The position numbers were made by a program, and so were the translations under genes. The notes beneath the pieces were generated by a model. That model was not told the origin of the DNA, ran no database searches, and was given only the letters and a program-made list of their open reading frames with translations. Shown here in pieces: positions 39,617-50,238 of a stretch of DNA of 64,000 bases. This DNA is from Pseudomonadota bacterium. GTDB taxonomy: Bacteria > Pseudomonadota > Alphaproteobacteria > Caulobacterales > Caulobacteraceae. Where the stretch lies: positions 7,579 through 71,578 of the forward strand of contig JBEHYN010000007.1 of assembly GCA_048498155.1 (NCBI GenBank). The letters run 5' to 3'. Position 1 is the stretch's first letter; every line of letters starts with the position of its first letter.

Positions 39617-40744
39617 CTATCTCAGTTTCAAGGTCGCCAGGCCCGCCAGGGCCAGGACGAAGGAGACGATCCAGAAACGGATCACGATGGTGGATTCTTT
39701 CCACCCGAGCTTTTCGAAGTGGTGGTGGATGGGCGCCATCAGGAACACCCGCTTCTTGGTCACCTTGAAATAGCCGACCTGGATCATCACCGAGAGCGCC
39801 TCGATCACGAACAGGCCGCCGATGATGCCCAGCACGATCTCATGCTTGGCCGCGACCGCCATGACGCCGAGCGCGCCGCCCAGGGATAGCGAACCGGTGT
39901 CGCCCATGAAGATCCTGGCGGGCGGGGCGTTGTACCAGAGGAAGCCCAGGCCCGAGCCGATCATGGCCCCGCAAAAGGGCGCAATCTCGCCCACGCCCGG
40001 CACGAAATGAAGCTGCAGATAGCCGGCGAACATATGGTTGCCGACCAGATAGGCGATCAAGCCGAAGGCCGCCGCGCAGATCATCACCGGTACGATGGCC
40101 AAGCCGTCCAGACCATCGGTCAGGTTCACGGCATTGGAAAAGCCGGTGATCGTGATTGCGCCGAATACAATGTAGAAATATCCCAGATTCCACAGCAGGT
40201 TCTTGAACAGCGGGAAGGCGACGGAGCTAAATAGGGCCGGCGGCTCGCCCGTCGGATGCTCCCCGTAGCGCATGAGCACGAAGGTGGCCGAGCCGGCGAC
40301 GATGAACTGGATGACGAGCTTCACCTCGCTCGAGACCCCCGCCGTGGTCTGCTTGGTGACCTTTGCGTAGTCGTCGGTGAAGCCCAGCAGGCCGTAGGCG
40401 GCGGTGACCAGCAACACGACCCAGACATAGATGTTCCGCAGATCCGCCCACAATAGGGTGCCGATAGCCAGGGCTGCCAGGATCATGAAGCCGCCCATGG
40501 TGGGCGTGCCGGCTTTCTCGATAATGTGACGCTCGATGCCTTCCTTGCGGATCGGCTGACCGCGACCTTGCTTGGTGCGCATCCAGTCGATGAAGCGCGT
40601 GCCCATCAGACCGACCACGATCTGAGCCGTAACCAGGGCCATGCCCGTGCGGAAGGTCAGATATCTCAGGAGGTTGAGGAACGGCACGTAGTGCATGCCG
40701 TGCTGCCCGCCGTCGGAGAAGTGCGTGTAGAGCAGATAGAACAT
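39617..40744 (-). CDS. mraY: phospho-N-acetylmuramoyl-pentapeptide transferase
   Basis: 375 aa polytopic protein. Contains [29 protein letters not shown] and APIHHHFE. Confidence 0.95.
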   Translation of the reverse strand: MFYLLYTHFSDGGQHGMHYVPFLNLLRYLTFRTGMALVTAQIVVGLMGTRFIDWMRTKQGRGQPIRKEGIERHIIEKAGTPTMGGFMILAALAIGTLLWADLRNIYVWVVLLVTAAYGLLGFTDDYAKVTKQTTAGVSSEVKLVIQFIVAGSATFVLMRYGEHPTGEPPALFSSVAFPLFKNLLWNLGYFYIVFGAITITGFSNAVNLTDGLDGLAIVPVMICAAAFGLIAYLVGNHMFAGYLQLHFVPGVGEIAPFCGAMIGSGLGFLWYNAPPARIFMGDTGSLSLGGALGVMAVAAKHEIVLGIIGGLFVIEALSVMIQVGYFKVTKKRVFLMAPIHHHFEKLGWKESTIVIRFWIVSFVLALAGLATLKLR

Positions 40745-42150
40745 CAGCCGCCCGTTTCCATCTGTGACTCATGACACACGCCGAGCGCCGCGAGAGCCTG
40801 AGCTACCGTCGACGCCTTCGATCCATTGGAGCCTTTAACCATCACCAGATCGCCGGGCTCTACGGCCCGGACAACCTGCGGCGCTAGCTCCGCCGCGTTC
40901 TCGGCATAGCCGCCCCGGCGAGTCGCGGGGAGGGCCTCCCACAAAAATTTCATCAGAGGGCCCGCGCAAAAAACCAGATCCACCTGTGCGCTATCCAGCC
41001 CTTGAGCGATTTCAAAGTGATACCGCGGCGCCTCGGGACCCAACTCGAGCATGTCGGTCAATACCGCGATGCGGCGGCCCTTGGCGGCGCGCGAGCCCAG
41101 GGTCGACAGGGCGGCCTGCATGGAGATTGGATTGGCGTTGTAGCTTTCGTCGATCAAAACGAAGGGCCCCGCCGCCGCCACGACCGTGCGTTCGCTGCCG
41201 CGGCCCTCCAGGGGCTCGAAGGCCCCGAGCGCGTCCAGGGAATCGCGAAGGCTGACGTCGAGCGCCTCCAGCATCAGCAGCACCGCCAGGCTGTTCAGCC
41301 CCCAATGGGCGCCCTTCTGGCGGATGGCGAAGTCCAACGGTTCGCCGCGCCAACCGGCGCGGACCGTGGCGCCCGTATCTTGCGCCTTGATGCCGAGCAG
41401 GCGCGCGTCGCAGTCGGCCGATGAGCCGAAGCTGCGCACGACCGCCCCGGCCTTGAGCGCCTCGCCCTTCAAGAAATCAAACCAGGCGTTGTCGGCGTTG
41501 AGCACCGCCACGCCCCCCGCCTGCAGCCCGGCGAAGATTTCCGCCTTAGCCCGCGCTACGCCGACCTCACCCTCATCGAAGTTCTCGGTGTGCACCGGCC
41601 CAACCGTGGTGATGCACGCCACATGGGGCGCGACCATCTTCGCCAAGGGTTCGATTTCTCCGGCATGGTTCATGCCGATCTCGAACACAGCCCGCTCGGT
41701 GGCTTTGGGCATGCGGGCCAGGGTCAGCGGAACGCCGATCTGATTGTTGTAGGACTTGACGGACGAATGGCCGCGTCCGGCCCTGAGCAAGCCCGCGCGA
41801 ACCGCCTGGGTTACGCTGGTTTTGCCGACCGAACCGGTCACCGCCCCTCGGCGAGCGGACGAACGGTCCCGCGCCGCACGGCCGAGCGCCTCCAGTGCGC
41901 TTTGCGTATCGCGCACAAGCACGCGCGCGCCGGAACCCGGGCGCGTGGCCAGAGCGCCGGCTGCGCCTTGGGTCAGAGCGCCGTCGATGAAATCATGGCC
42001 GTCGCGCGCTCCGGCCAGGGCCACGAACAGATCGCCAGGCTCCACGCTGCGGCTGTCGATGGCCACCCCCGTGACAGCGAAGGCCTCTCCCTGAAGCCGC
42101 CCGCGCACGGCATGCACGATCTCGGCGCTGGTCCACAGGGGCGCGCTCAT
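40744..42150 (-). CDS. murF: UDP-N-acetylmuramoyl-tripeptide--D-alanyl-D-alanine ligase
   Basis: 468 aa. VTGSVGKTS motif. Supported by synteny. Confidence 0.95.
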   Translation of the reverse strand: MSAPLWTSAEIVHAVRGRLQGEAFAVTGVAIDSRSVEPGDLFVALAGARDGHDFIDGALTQGAAGALATRPGSGARVLVRDTQSALEALGRAARDRSSARRGAVTGSVGKTSVTQAVRAGLLRAGRGHSSVKSYNNQIGVPLTLARMPKATERAVFEIGMNHAGEIEPLAKMVAPHVACITTVGPVHTENFDEGEVGVARAKAEIFAGLQAGGVAVLNADNAWFDFLKGEALKAGAVVRSFGSSADCDARLLGIKAQDTGATVRAGWRGEPLDFAIRQKGAHWGLNSLAVLLMLEALDVSLRDSLDALGAFEPLEGRGSERTVVAAAGPFVLIDESYNANPISMQAALSTLGSRAAKGRRIAVLTDMLELGPEAPRYHFEIAQGLDSAQVDLVFCAGPLMKFLWEALPATRRGGYAENAAELAPQVVRAVEPGDLVMVKGSNGSKASTVAQALAALGVCHESQMETGG

Positions 42151-43598
42151 GCGGCGGCTTCCAGCGCGGCGACGGTTTCAGCGGCGTCGTCGAAGGGCAG
42201 GACCTGCGAGCCGACAATCTGGCCCTGTTCGTGCCCCTTGCCGGCCACGACCAGAACGTCGCCGTCGCGCAACTGCGCCACGGCGGCGGCGATGGCTTGG
42301 CGGCGGTCGCCGACCTCACGAGCGCCCGGAGCCGCCGCGAGGATCGCGGCGCGGATGGCGGCGGGGTCTTCACCGCGAGGGTTGTCGTCGGTAACGAACA
42401 CCAAGTCGGCGCCCTGAATCGCTGCGGCGCCCATCAGCGGGCGCTTCGCGCGGTCGCGGTCGCCGCCCGCCCCGAACACCACGATCAACCGCCCGCGCAC
42501 GTGCGGACGCAGGGCTTGCAGCACGGTCTTCAGGCCGTCCGGGGTGTGGGCGTAGTCGATATAGGCTTCGCCGCCCTTGGGACCGACGCCGATGCGTTGC
42601 AACCGGCCTGGGGCGCCTTGAACATGCTCCAGCGCCGCAAGCACCTCGCCCGGCGCCTCACCCGCAGCGATGCAAAGGCCTGCAGCGACCAAGGCGTTGC
42701 TCGCCTGAAACGCCCCGGCCAGAGGCAGCAGGGTGGTGAAGCTGTGACCGCTCGCCAGAATGGTCAGGCGCTGGCCGTCCGGCCCCGCCTGCCGCTGCGT
42801 CAGACGCAGCGCCTGGCCCTGCTCACCTACTGAAAGAATCGTATGGCCCGCGCTCACGGCGGCGGCGGCGAAGGTGGAAAAGGCCTCGCTGTCGGCGTTG
42901 AGCACGGCGGCGCGGCCGCGCGGCAAGAGGCTATCGAACAGACGCAGCTTGGCCGCTTGGTAGGCCTCCATAGTTCCGTGATAGTCCAAATGATCCTGCG
43001 TCAGGTTGAGGAAACCCGCCGCCGCCAGAGGCACGCCGTCCAGCCGACGTTGGTCGATTCCGTGCGAGGAGGCTTCCATCGCCAGATGGGTCACGCCCCG
43101 CCCGGCGAGGTCCGCCAGGCGTTCGGCCACATCGGCTGCGTCCGGCGTGGTCAAGCCCGGCGGGGTAAGTTGATCTCCCCCCGCGCGGAGTCCCAGCGTC
43201 ACGCCCAAGGTGCCCATGCTAGCGGCCTTGCGGCCGAGCCGGTCGAAGATCTGTCGGCAGAAGGCGGCGACCGAAGTCTTGCCGTTGGTGCCAGTTACGG
43301 CGACGCATACGGCCGGCTGGGCGCCGTAGAAGGCCCGGGCAGCCAGGGCGTAGGCCCGGCGCACATCCAGGGCACGCACAACCGGAGCGGCGATGTCCAA
43401 GGCGTGCTCGCCGGTGAGGACCGCCGCCGCGCCGGCTTGGATGGCGCCGGAAATGAAGGCGCAGCCATCGGCCTGGGCCCCCGGCAGGGCAGCGAACAGA
43501 TAGCCCGGCTTGACCTTGCGGCTGTCGGCGGTGACGCCCTCGATCACCGGATCGATATCCAGCTCTCGTTGCACCAGATCGGACAGCCGCGCGCTCAC
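42147..43598 (-). CDS. murE: UDP-N-acetylmuramoyl-L-alanyl-D-glutamate--2,6-diaminopimelate ligase
   Basis: 483 aa. VTGTNGKTS and DNPR motifs. Confidence 0.95.
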   Translation of the reverse strand: MSARLSDLVQRELDIDPVIEGVTADSRKVKPGYLFAALPGAQADGCAFISGAIQAGAAAVLTGEHALDIAAPVVRALDVRRAYALAARAFYGAQPAVCVAVTGTNGKTSVAAFCRQIFDRLGRKAASMGTLGVTLGLRAGGDQLTPPGLTTPDAADVAERLADLAGRGVTHLAMEASSHGIDQRRLDGVPLAAAGFLNLTQDHLDYHGTMEAYQAAKLRLFDSLLPRGRAAVLNADSEAFSTFAAAAVSAGHTILSVGEQGQALRLTQRQAGPDGQRLTILASGHSFTTLLPLAGAFQASNALVAAGLCIAAGEAPGEVLAALEHVQGAPGRLQRIGVGPKGGEAYIDYAHTPDGLKTVLQALRPHVRGRLIVVFGAGGDRDRAKRPLMGAAAIQGADLVFVTDDNPRGEDPAAIRAAILAAAPGAREVGDRRQAIAAAVAQLRDGDVLVVAGKGHEQGQIVGSQVLPFDDAAETVAALEAAA

Positions 43599-45373
43599 TG
43601 GGCCAGGTCTCCTGCGGTAGTCTCGTCGTCTGCGGGCTTGACGTCGGCAGCAGGCTTGGCCGCGTCCGATAGGGTCGGCGGCAGGCGCTTGACCCCCAGG
43701 AACGGCGCGATGCGATCAATCACTTTTGCGGCCGCCGGAGCGGCGTTCCAGCCTGCGGTGGCGAAGCCGTAGGTCTCAGGCAGGCGCTTGGGATCATCCA
43801 GCATGATCAGGACCAGATAGCGGTCCGCGGTGATAGGACCGTCGGTTGGGAACACCGCGGCGAAGGATGCGATCACCTTATCCTTGGAGTAGCGGCCGCC
43901 GATCACTTTCTGGGCCGTGCCTGTCTTACCGCCAACGCTGAGCCCCGGCACGTCAGCCTTGCCGCCCGAGCCTTCCTTGGCGGTCACGTTCAAGCGCATC
44001 AAGTCCAGCATGTCGCGAGAGGTCGCCTCCGAGATCACCCGCGCCCCGGCCGGCTTTTGGCCGGGATTAAGTTTGCGGATGGTCAGGGGCACCATCTGGC
44101 CGCCGTTCATAATGGCGCCGATGCCGATCGCCAGGTTCAGCGGGCTGACCGAGATGGACTGCCCGAAGGATGTCGAGGCAACCGTGCCGTCCGCCCATGT
44201 CTTTGGCACTATGGGGTGGGCGGACTCGGCCAGTTCGATTTTGGCCGGGGCGAACAGGCCGAAAGACTGGAAATACTTGGTCAGGCGCGGCGCGCCCGCA
44301 TGTAGCGCCAGCTTGGCCGTTCCGATGTTGGAGGAATGGACGAACACTTCCGGCAAGGTCAGGGCGCCGTGCACCACATGGAAGTCGTGGATCGTACGGT
44401 TGCCTAACTGGAGGCTGTCGACATTGAAGGTCGAGTGCAAGGTCGCCACGCCCGAATCCAGTCCCATGGCCATGGTGAAAATCTTGAACACCGAGCCCGG
44501 CTCATAAAGCGAAGCGGCGGCGCGATTGACTAGGTTGTAGTTGGAGGCCTGGCCCGGATTATTGGGATCGAAGCCCGGCCAGCTCGAAAGCGCCAATACC
44601 TCGCCGGTGTGGACATTGGTCACGATGCCCACGGCGTCCGGCACGCCGAACTTGATCGCCGCCTTCTCCAGTTCGTCGTCCAGCGCCGCCTGGACCCGCA
44701 GGTCCATGGACAGGGCCAAGGGCGTGGGCTTGCCCGCTTGGCTGCGAATGTCATCGTCCAGGGCGTGCTCGGCGCCCGACAGACCCGTACCGCCCTTGTC
44801 AGCGAAGCCGATCAGGTGCGCGGCGGTGGGTCCGAGAGGGTAGACCCGGCGCTCCTCCTCCTCGAAGCTCACGCCCGGCAGGCCCAGGTCCTGTAGCCGG
44901 GCCTTTTCCTCCGGCGTCAATCCGCCGACGAGATATTCGCGCTTGCCCGCATTCAGCGCGTGCTCCAGCCGCCCGGCCGCCAAGGCGGGCAGGGCTGAGC
45001 CCAGCACGCGGCGGGTCTCGGTCGTGTCCCAGATTTCCCGGGGGTCGAGGTACAGGCCATAGTGGGTCAGATCCACCGCCAACAGATTGCCCTGGCGATC
45101 CACCAGATCGGCCCGCGAGCCGCTGGGCGGCGCGGCGGCGATCTGGGAGCGATCCGCATCCGAGAAGATCGCGCACTTGGTTGCGCCTAGGGCCAGGGTG
45201 AAGAAGCCGGCGGCGAACAAGGCCAAGACGAAGAAGATGCGGATGCGCGTGTCGTCTTCAGCCTTGCCGTCGGCCTTGGCCCGTTCGAAGGCGTGCTCCA
45301 GCTTCCAGACCGACTCCACCAGCCAGCGCCAGCCGATGGGCAAACGATAGAACACCAGCTCGCTCGGCCTCAT
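43595..45373 (-). CDS. ftsI: peptidoglycan D,D-transpeptidase FtsI (PBP3)
   Basis: 592 aa. N-terminal TM helix, then SVFK (SxxK), SSN and KTGTA motifs. Confidence 0.9.
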   Translation of the reverse strand: MRPSELVFYRLPIGWRWLVESVWKLEHAFERAKADGKAEDDTRIRIFFVLALFAAGFFTLALGATKCAIFSDADRSQIAAAPPSGSRADLVDRQGNLLAVDLTHYGLYLDPREIWDTTETRRVLGSALPALAAGRLEHALNAGKREYLVGGLTPEEKARLQDLGLPGVSFEEEERRVYPLGPTAAHLIGFADKGGTGLSGAEHALDDDIRSQAGKPTPLALSMDLRVQAALDDELEKAAIKFGVPDAVGIVTNVHTGEVLALSSWPGFDPNNPGQASNYNLVNRAAASLYEPGSVFKIFTMAMGLDSGVATLHSTFNVDSLQLGNRTIHDFHVVHGALTLPEVFVHSSNIGTAKLALHAGAPRLTKYFQSFGLFAPAKIELAESAHPIVPKTWADGTVASTSFGQSISVSPLNLAIGIGAIMNGGQMVPLTIRKLNPGQKPAGARVISEATSRDMLDLMRLNVTAKEGSGGKADVPGLSVGGKTGTAQKVIGGRYSKDKVIASFAAVFPTDGPITADRYLVLIMLDDPKRLPETYGFATAGWNAAPAAAKVIDRIAPFLGVKRLPPTLSDAAKPAADVKPADDETTAGDLAQ

Positions 45374-45768
45374 CGCAAGGCTCCCGGCTGAGGCTGAATC
45401 GGCGCGGATGGCGCGGCAGCGGGTTTGGCCGCCTCTGGCGGGGCCAAGGCGGACTGGCGGGCGATGTCCGGCAAGCGGTCCAAGGAGGTTTCGCGTTTGT
45501 CCGACGTCGGACCCACGCCAACGGTCTCGGCCAACTTCTCCAGCCGCGCCGGTTGCTCCAGATGGGCCACCTCTGCCTGCAGGAGCCGCACCCGCCGCTG
45601 TTCATCGCTAATCTGGTTTTCCACGCTGACGATGTCGCCCGTCTCGCGGCCCGCTCGCGCCTTGACCATGTAAACCGCCAGGGCGAGACCCAACACGACG
45701 GTGAGGGCGCCGAGCTCCACCAGCCGCGCGCCGCGCAGGGTGCGCCGAAGGAACCGCCCGGCGCTCAT
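45370..45768 (-). CDS. ftsL: cell division protein FtsL-like
   Basis: ORF 45370..45783 trimmed to the ATG at 45768, which overlaps the rsmH TGA (ATGA). One TM helix then coiled coil ([21 protein letters not shown]). Position between rsmH and ftsI. Confidence 0.75.
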   Translation of the reverse strand: MSAGRFLRRTLRGARLVELGALTVVLGLALAVYMVKARAGRETGDIVSVENQISDEQRRVRLLQAEVAHLEQPARLEKLAETVGVGPTSDKRETSLDRLPDIARQSALAPPEAAKPAAAPSAPIQPQPGALR

Positions 45769-46724
45769 GCCGCCGCCTTCCAAGGCTGAGCGTCGGTGCG
45801 CTCGGCGGCCCGCAGCTTGGCTGATCGCGCCCGAGGGTTGGCCGAAACCTCCGCCTCGCCGGGCGGACGGGCGCCGTTGAATAATAGGACAAATGTAGGC
45901 TGAGGCCCCTTGGGCGCCACGGGCAGATGGCGAGATCCCGACGGCGTGCGCCCGGCGCGCTGAGTGAAAAACGCCTTCACGATCCGGTCTTCCAGCGAAT
46001 GAAATGTGACCACCGCGAGGCGTCCGCCGGATACCAGCGTGCGCTCGGCCGCTTCGAGCGCCTCTTCCAATTCACCCAGTTCGTCATTGACCGCGATACG
46101 CAAGGCTTGGAACACCCGCGTGGCCGGATGGGTCGGGGCGCCGCGCCGACCGCCCAGGGCCCGCTCCACGGTGTCGGCCAGGTCGGCGGTGCGCGTAAAG
46201 GGCTGCTCGGCGCGGCGGCGGACGAGCACATTGGCAATGTGGCGCGAGGCGCGCTCCTCGCCGTAGAGCCAAAAGATGCGCGCCAGCTCCGCCGGCTCGG
46301 CGGAGTTGACCAGGTCGGCGGCCGTTTCGCCCTCATCGCTCATCCGCATGTCGAGCGGCCCGTCGCGCATGAAGGAAAAGCCGCGTTCGGCCTCGTCCAG
46401 TTGCATCGACGACACACCAAGATCCAGGGCGATGCCATCGCAGTCCTGCCAGCCGCAGGTCTGCAAGTGGCTTTCGATATCGGAGAAGCGGCCTTCGACC
46501 AGGCGAAATCTGTCGCCGTAGGTCGCAGCCAGCGGAGCGGCGAAGCGGGCGGCGGAAGGGTCTCGGTCGATGGCCAGCACATTGGCGCCGGCCTCGAGAA
46601 AGGCGCGGCTGTAGCCGCCCGCGCCGAAAGTCGCGTCTACGATCCGTATTCCGGAACGCAGGTTCAAACATTGGGCCACCTCGTCCAGCAACACTGAGCG
46701 GTGAGCGGGTGGCGCGGCTGTCAT
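45765..46724 (-). CDS. rsmH: 16S rRNA (cytosine1402-N4)-methyltransferase
   Basis: ORF 45765..46898 trimmed to the ATG at 46724, which overlaps the mraZ TGA (ATGA). Contains [10 protein letters not shown] and the SAM-methyltransferase core. Confidence 0.9.
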   Translation of the reverse strand: MTAAPPAHRSVLLDEVAQCLNLRSGIRIVDATFGAGGYSRAFLEAGANVLAIDRDPSAARFAAPLAATYGDRFRLVEGRFSDIESHLQTCGWQDCDGIALDLGVSSMQLDEAERGFSFMRDGPLDMRMSDEGETAADLVNSAEPAELARIFWLYGEERASRHIANVLVRRRAEQPFTRTADLADTVERALGGRRGAPTHPATRVFQALRIAVNDELGELEEALEAAERTLVSGGRLAVVTFHSLEDRIVKAFFTQRAGRTPSGSRHLPVAPKGPQPTFVLLFNGARPPGEAEVSANPRARSAKLRAAERTDAQPWKAAA

Positions 46725-47224
46725 CCGGCCCCTCCCAGGCGCTGGGCCCGCTGCTGGAGGCGCAGGGCGGACAGGCCCTCGCGGGCCAACTGGCGTTGCT
46801 CGGAGCGATGGGCGCGGAAGGCCTCTCGCTCCCAGATTTGGAATCGGTCGCCGAGCCCGACCAGGGCCACCCAATCGGTCAGGCCGAAGGCGTCGCACAA
46901 AGCTTCAGGCAAGGTGATACGGCCGGCCGTGTCGAATGCCAGCTCATGCATGCCGCCATAGACCACCGTCTCAAGCGGCAAGCGCAATGGATCGCCCAAG
47001 GGCAGGTCATCGATCAGGGACTGATATTGCTCGAACAGGGCCTTGCCCCCGCCTTCGATGCAGTCCGCCTCGATGGAGGGAAAGCAGAACACCCCGCCGA
47101 ACGGGCCGGCGGCCAGGGTGCGGAATCCCTGCGGCACCACGATGCGCCGTTTGCCGTCCAGTTGTTTCTCGAAGGTCGAGAGAAACACCCCGTCGCGCCC
47201 CCTACCGGACCGACTCCGCCCCAT
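46721..47224 (-). CDS. mraZ: division/cell wall cluster transcriptional regulator MraZ
   Basis: [22 protein letters not shown] plus a second SpoVT/AbrB-like repeat ([12 protein letters not shown]). The start may be the GTG at 47188 instead of the ATG at 47224. Confidence 0.9.
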   Translation of the reverse strand: MGRSRSGRGRDGVFLSTFEKQLDGKRRIVVPQGFRTLAAGPFGGVFCFPSIEADCIEGGGKALFEQYQSLIDDLPLGDPLRLPLETVVYGGMHELAFDTAGRITLPEALCDAFGLTDWVALVGLGDRFQIWEREAFRAHRSEQRQLAREGLSALRLQQRAQRLGGAG

Positions 47225-47286
47225 GCGTTCGGTCCTTCGCGCGCACCACCGACCATCAAATCCGGACGGAAGCGACGCGATCTGTT

Positions 47287-47321
47287 TGGGTTAACATGGG
47301 ATGAATTGGGAGACAATGACA
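47287..47321 (+). promoter_or_regulatory. phased TGGGN direct repeats (MraZ-box-like) upstream of mraZ
   Basis: TGGGT-taaca-TGGGA-tgaat-TGGGA-gacaa-TGACA, with a 10-bp period, 63-100 bp upstream of the mraZ start. It is written on the strand opposite to mraZ. Confidence 0.45.
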
Positions 47322-47391
47322 CCAAAGCCCATTTTCTGCGGTTTCAAAGTCGTAGTGGCAACCGGTCGCACGCGATTGTTAACAATTCACA

Positions 47392-47406
47392 GAACATACA
47401 CAGAAC
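47392..47406 (-). promoter_or_regulatory. GTTC-N7-GTTC direct repeat (alphaproteobacterial LexA/SOS-box form)
   Basis: The minus strand reads GTTCTGTGTATGTTC. It is part of the tandem CACAGAACAT x2 (47388-47408). Confidence 0.35.
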
Positions 47407-47465
47407 ATGTTCAGTATTGCGGATAGGTCACGGGTGTCCGTCACATTAGCGAGCTGGGGCAAAAT

Positions 47466-47884
<419 letters not shown>

Positions 47885-47915
47885 GCGCGGAAAGTGGGCT
47901 TTTGTCGAGGAAGGG

Positions 47916-48641
47916 TCAAGCTTCGGCCGCCGCCCGAAGCAGATGCACCAGGCGCGCCCGGGTCTCGCCGTCGGCCACGCCATCCACGCGGTCGGAGCGC
48001 CAATGCCGCTGGAAGGCGGTGATGATGGTCTGGGTGTGGGCGTCGAATTGGCCCGAAGGCGCGCTGTCGAAGCCCAGCCGGGTCAGGCCGGCCTGCAGGG
48101 CGAACACGCCTGTTCCGTCATCGCCCAGCGAAAGGGCCGGGCCGGGCGCTGCTGGCGGCTCCAGCCATAGACCATGGCCCGCCTGGGCCAACCGCTTCCA
48201 GGGGAACAGTTCGCCCGGATCGGTCTTGCGCTCGGGCGCCACGTCGGAGTGGCCCAGGATGCGCCCGTCAGGGATTTCCCAGCGTCCGCGGATCTCGTCC
48301 AGCAGTTCGATCAAGGCCTCGATCTGGGCGTCCGGATAGGCGCGATAGCCCCACTCATGTCCCGGATTGACCAATTCGACGCCTACGGACACGGCGTTGA
48401 TGTCGCGCTCGCCCTTCCAGAAGGACAAGCCCGCGTGCCAGGCGCGGCGCTCCTCGGCCACCAGGGAGAACACCTTGCCATCTTCCTCGATCAGGTAATG
48501 CGCCGAGACCTTGGCCTCAGGATCGCGCAGGCGCGCCAGCGCCTCGGCGCCCGTGGGCATGCCGGTATAGTGCAGCAGCACCATGTCGGGCGGGGCGCGC
48601 CGGGCGTCGAAATTGGGCGAGGAGGCGGGAATAATGTCCAT
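47916..48641 (-). CDS. N-acetylmuramoyl-L-alanine amidase (AmpD-like Amidase_2) with C-terminal peptidoglycan-binding domain
   Basis: ORF 47916..48668. Probable start at the ATG at 48641 (MDIIPASSPNFDAR). Contains VLLHYTGM, AWHAG, GHSDVAP, and a C-terminal FALQAGLTRLGF...ITAFQRHW PG_binding_1-like region. Confidence 0.8.
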   Translation of the reverse strand: MDIIPASSPNFDARRAPPDMVLLHYTGMPTGAEALARLRDPEAKVSAHYLIEEDGKVFSLVAEERRAWHAGLSFWKGERDINAVSVGVELVNPGHEWGYRAYPDAQIEALIELLDEIRGRWEIPDGRILGHSDVAPERKTDPGELFPWKRLAQAGHGLWLEPPAAPGPALSLGDDGTGVFALQAGLTRLGFDSAPSGQFDAHTQTIITAFQRHWRSDRVDGVADGETRARLVHLLRAAAEA

Positions 48642-48694
48642 CCGCCGTTTGTTAGGCCAGTCACACACCGTGGAGCAAGCCGCGCGGCCTCGCC

Positions 48695-49774
48695 CTAGTG
48701 GACCTGGTAGTTTTTACTGAAGCCGTTGCGGGCGTTGGTGACCGTGACCGCCCCGCCGCGCGTCACGTCCAGCCGGATGCTGTAGCCATGGCTCGGCAGG
48801 GGCCCCAGATTGGCCAGATAGTTGGGATCGCCGTCTTGCTCTGGCGGATAGACCGTCGTGGCGTGAACGCGCCAGAAGCCTTGGAGGCCCGGACTGCTGT
48901 TGACCGCCTTGACCACCTCAGGCCAATCACCCTTTTTCGATCCGTTGCCCATGATCGCGATGTCGGGCCGCAAGGTGTGGACAAACCCCGGATGGTTGCT
49001 CACGCCCATGCCGTGGTTGTCCAGGATCATGATGTTGACGTGGCCGACCTTGTCGAGCGGGCAGACCAGATCGTGCTCCCGGTCCCAGGTCAGGTCGCCG
49101 AAGGCTGCGATCTTGACCTTGCCGAAGCTGAACAGCGAGGCGATCGACATCTGGTTTTCCAGGCCCTTGTCCTCAGCCATGGACGGCAGGCCGCACTCCA
49201 CGCCAGGCTCGCCAGCGCCTAGAAGCGGACGGGCGATGGGCTTGCCATCAGCGGCGACCACCGTGTCGGTCAGTGAGCCGAAATGCAGTACGTCGCCCGC
49301 CTTTACGACGATGCGCCTGTGGCCCTTGATGAGTTGCAGGTATTTCAGATAGCCGGCCTGGGTGCGCGGGGGCTCCTTGGGATCGTCAGCGGGATTGAAC
49401 AATTCGCGGTTGACCCCGTGGTCGACGAATGTCCCGATCGGAATGAGGCCCTTCAGCTCAGCCAAGCTGCCGATATGGTCGCCGTGGTAGTGGGTGGCGA
49501 TGACATAATCGAGCTTTCTGACGCTGAGCACCTTGGCCGCAGCCACGATTCGGTCGGCTGGCCCCTTGGCCCCATCCAGGGACGCGGTCCACATCGCTCC
49601 GGATTGCGAGCCCATATCCACCAGCACTGAGACCCCTTCAGGCGTGACGTAGAGCGTGCCCCCGCCGCCTTCCATGTCGAGCTGCACGATCTTGAGGGTG
49701 TGGTCGGAGGCCTGGGCCGACCCGGTCAGGAGGGCGGCAGCCAAGACTGTCGCATTCAGCAGCGCGCGGACCAT
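48695..49774 (-). CDS. exported MBL-fold metallo-hydrolase
   Basis: ORF 48695..49993 trimmed to the ATG at 49774 (GGGAG upstream; signal MVRALLNATVLAAALLTGSAQA). Contains THYHGDHIG (HxHxDH). Confidence 0.7.
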   Translation of the reverse strand: MVRALLNATVLAAALLTGSAQASDHTLKIVQLDMEGGGGTLYVTPEGVSVLVDMGSQSGAMWTASLDGAKGPADRIVAAAKVLSVRKLDYVIATHYHGDHIGSLAELKGLIPIGTFVDHGVNRELFNPADDPKEPPRTQAGYLKYLQLIKGHRRIVVKAGDVLHFGSLTDTVVAADGKPIARPLLGAGEPGVECGLPSMAEDKGLENQMSIASLFSFGKVKIAAFGDLTWDREHDLVCPLDKVGHVNIMILDNHGMGVSNHPGFVHTLRPDIAIMGNGSKKGDWPEVVKAVNSSPGLQGFWRVHATTVYPPEQDGDPNYLANLGPLPSHGYSIRLDVTRGGAVTVTNARNGFSKNYQVH

Positions 49775-49853
49775 GGCGGGTGGCTCCCGTGACTTTGAAA
49801 TGGGCGCGGGCGCGCCGGACGCAGTCGCGGCGTTCGCCTGGATCACGACCGGG

Positions 49854-50150
49854 TTAGTTCCCGCGATCCCACCCATAAGCCACCCACGAATGTCCTCCGA
49901 CGTTATGGGCTTCGATGATCTGGGGATCGGCTGGGCTGGAGGCGCGGCGCAGGGCCCGGCGCGCTCGGGCGGCCAGGAGGGCGAAGGCGACAAGGGCCGA
50001 GGCCATCAGCGCTATGACCACCAAGCTGGCGGTAAACACCAGGGCCAGCACTGCAGCGACTGCCGCGGCCGCGACGCTGGCGAGCAAGCCGCCAACCCAC
50101 GCCAGGCTCTTGAAACCTGAGGCCGTCACCGAAGTCGCAGCGTTGTTCAT
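49854..50150 (-). CDS. hypothetical small membrane protein
   Basis: ORF 49854..50204 trimmed to the ATG at 50150 (GAGG upstream). Two long hydrophobic segments, then RARRALRR. No family recognised. Confidence 0.4.
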   Translation of the reverse strand: MNNAATSVTASGFKSLAWVGGLLASVAAAAVAAVLALVFTASLVVIALMASALVAFALLAARARRALRRASSPADPQIIEAHNVGGHSWVAYGWDRGN

Positions 50151-50238
50151 TGCCGTTTCGCCTCGCGTCGAGGGCCGACGCCTGGGCAGTATGTCGGCGC
50201 CCATCCCTCGTCCGTCAACTCACAGAATCGAAATCCGC

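Noticed and set aside
45765-46898. Long N-terminal extensions of several ORF-track entries (rsmH to 46898, decarboxylase to 2044, MBL hydrolase to 49993, metH to 58014, lipoprotein to 3225)
   Set aside because: The extensions overlap neighbouring genes or repeats, are Arg/Pro-rich, and internal starts have better Shine-Dalgarno sequences or ATGA coupling. They are treated as non-coding.
47292-47333. 13-codon minus-strand ORF (MGFGVIVSQFIPC) downstream of the SOS-like box, considered as a SidA-like small division inhibitor
   Set aside because: It has no Shine-Dalgarno sequence, is too short to span a membrane, and overlaps the TGGGN repeats. There is no supporting evidence.
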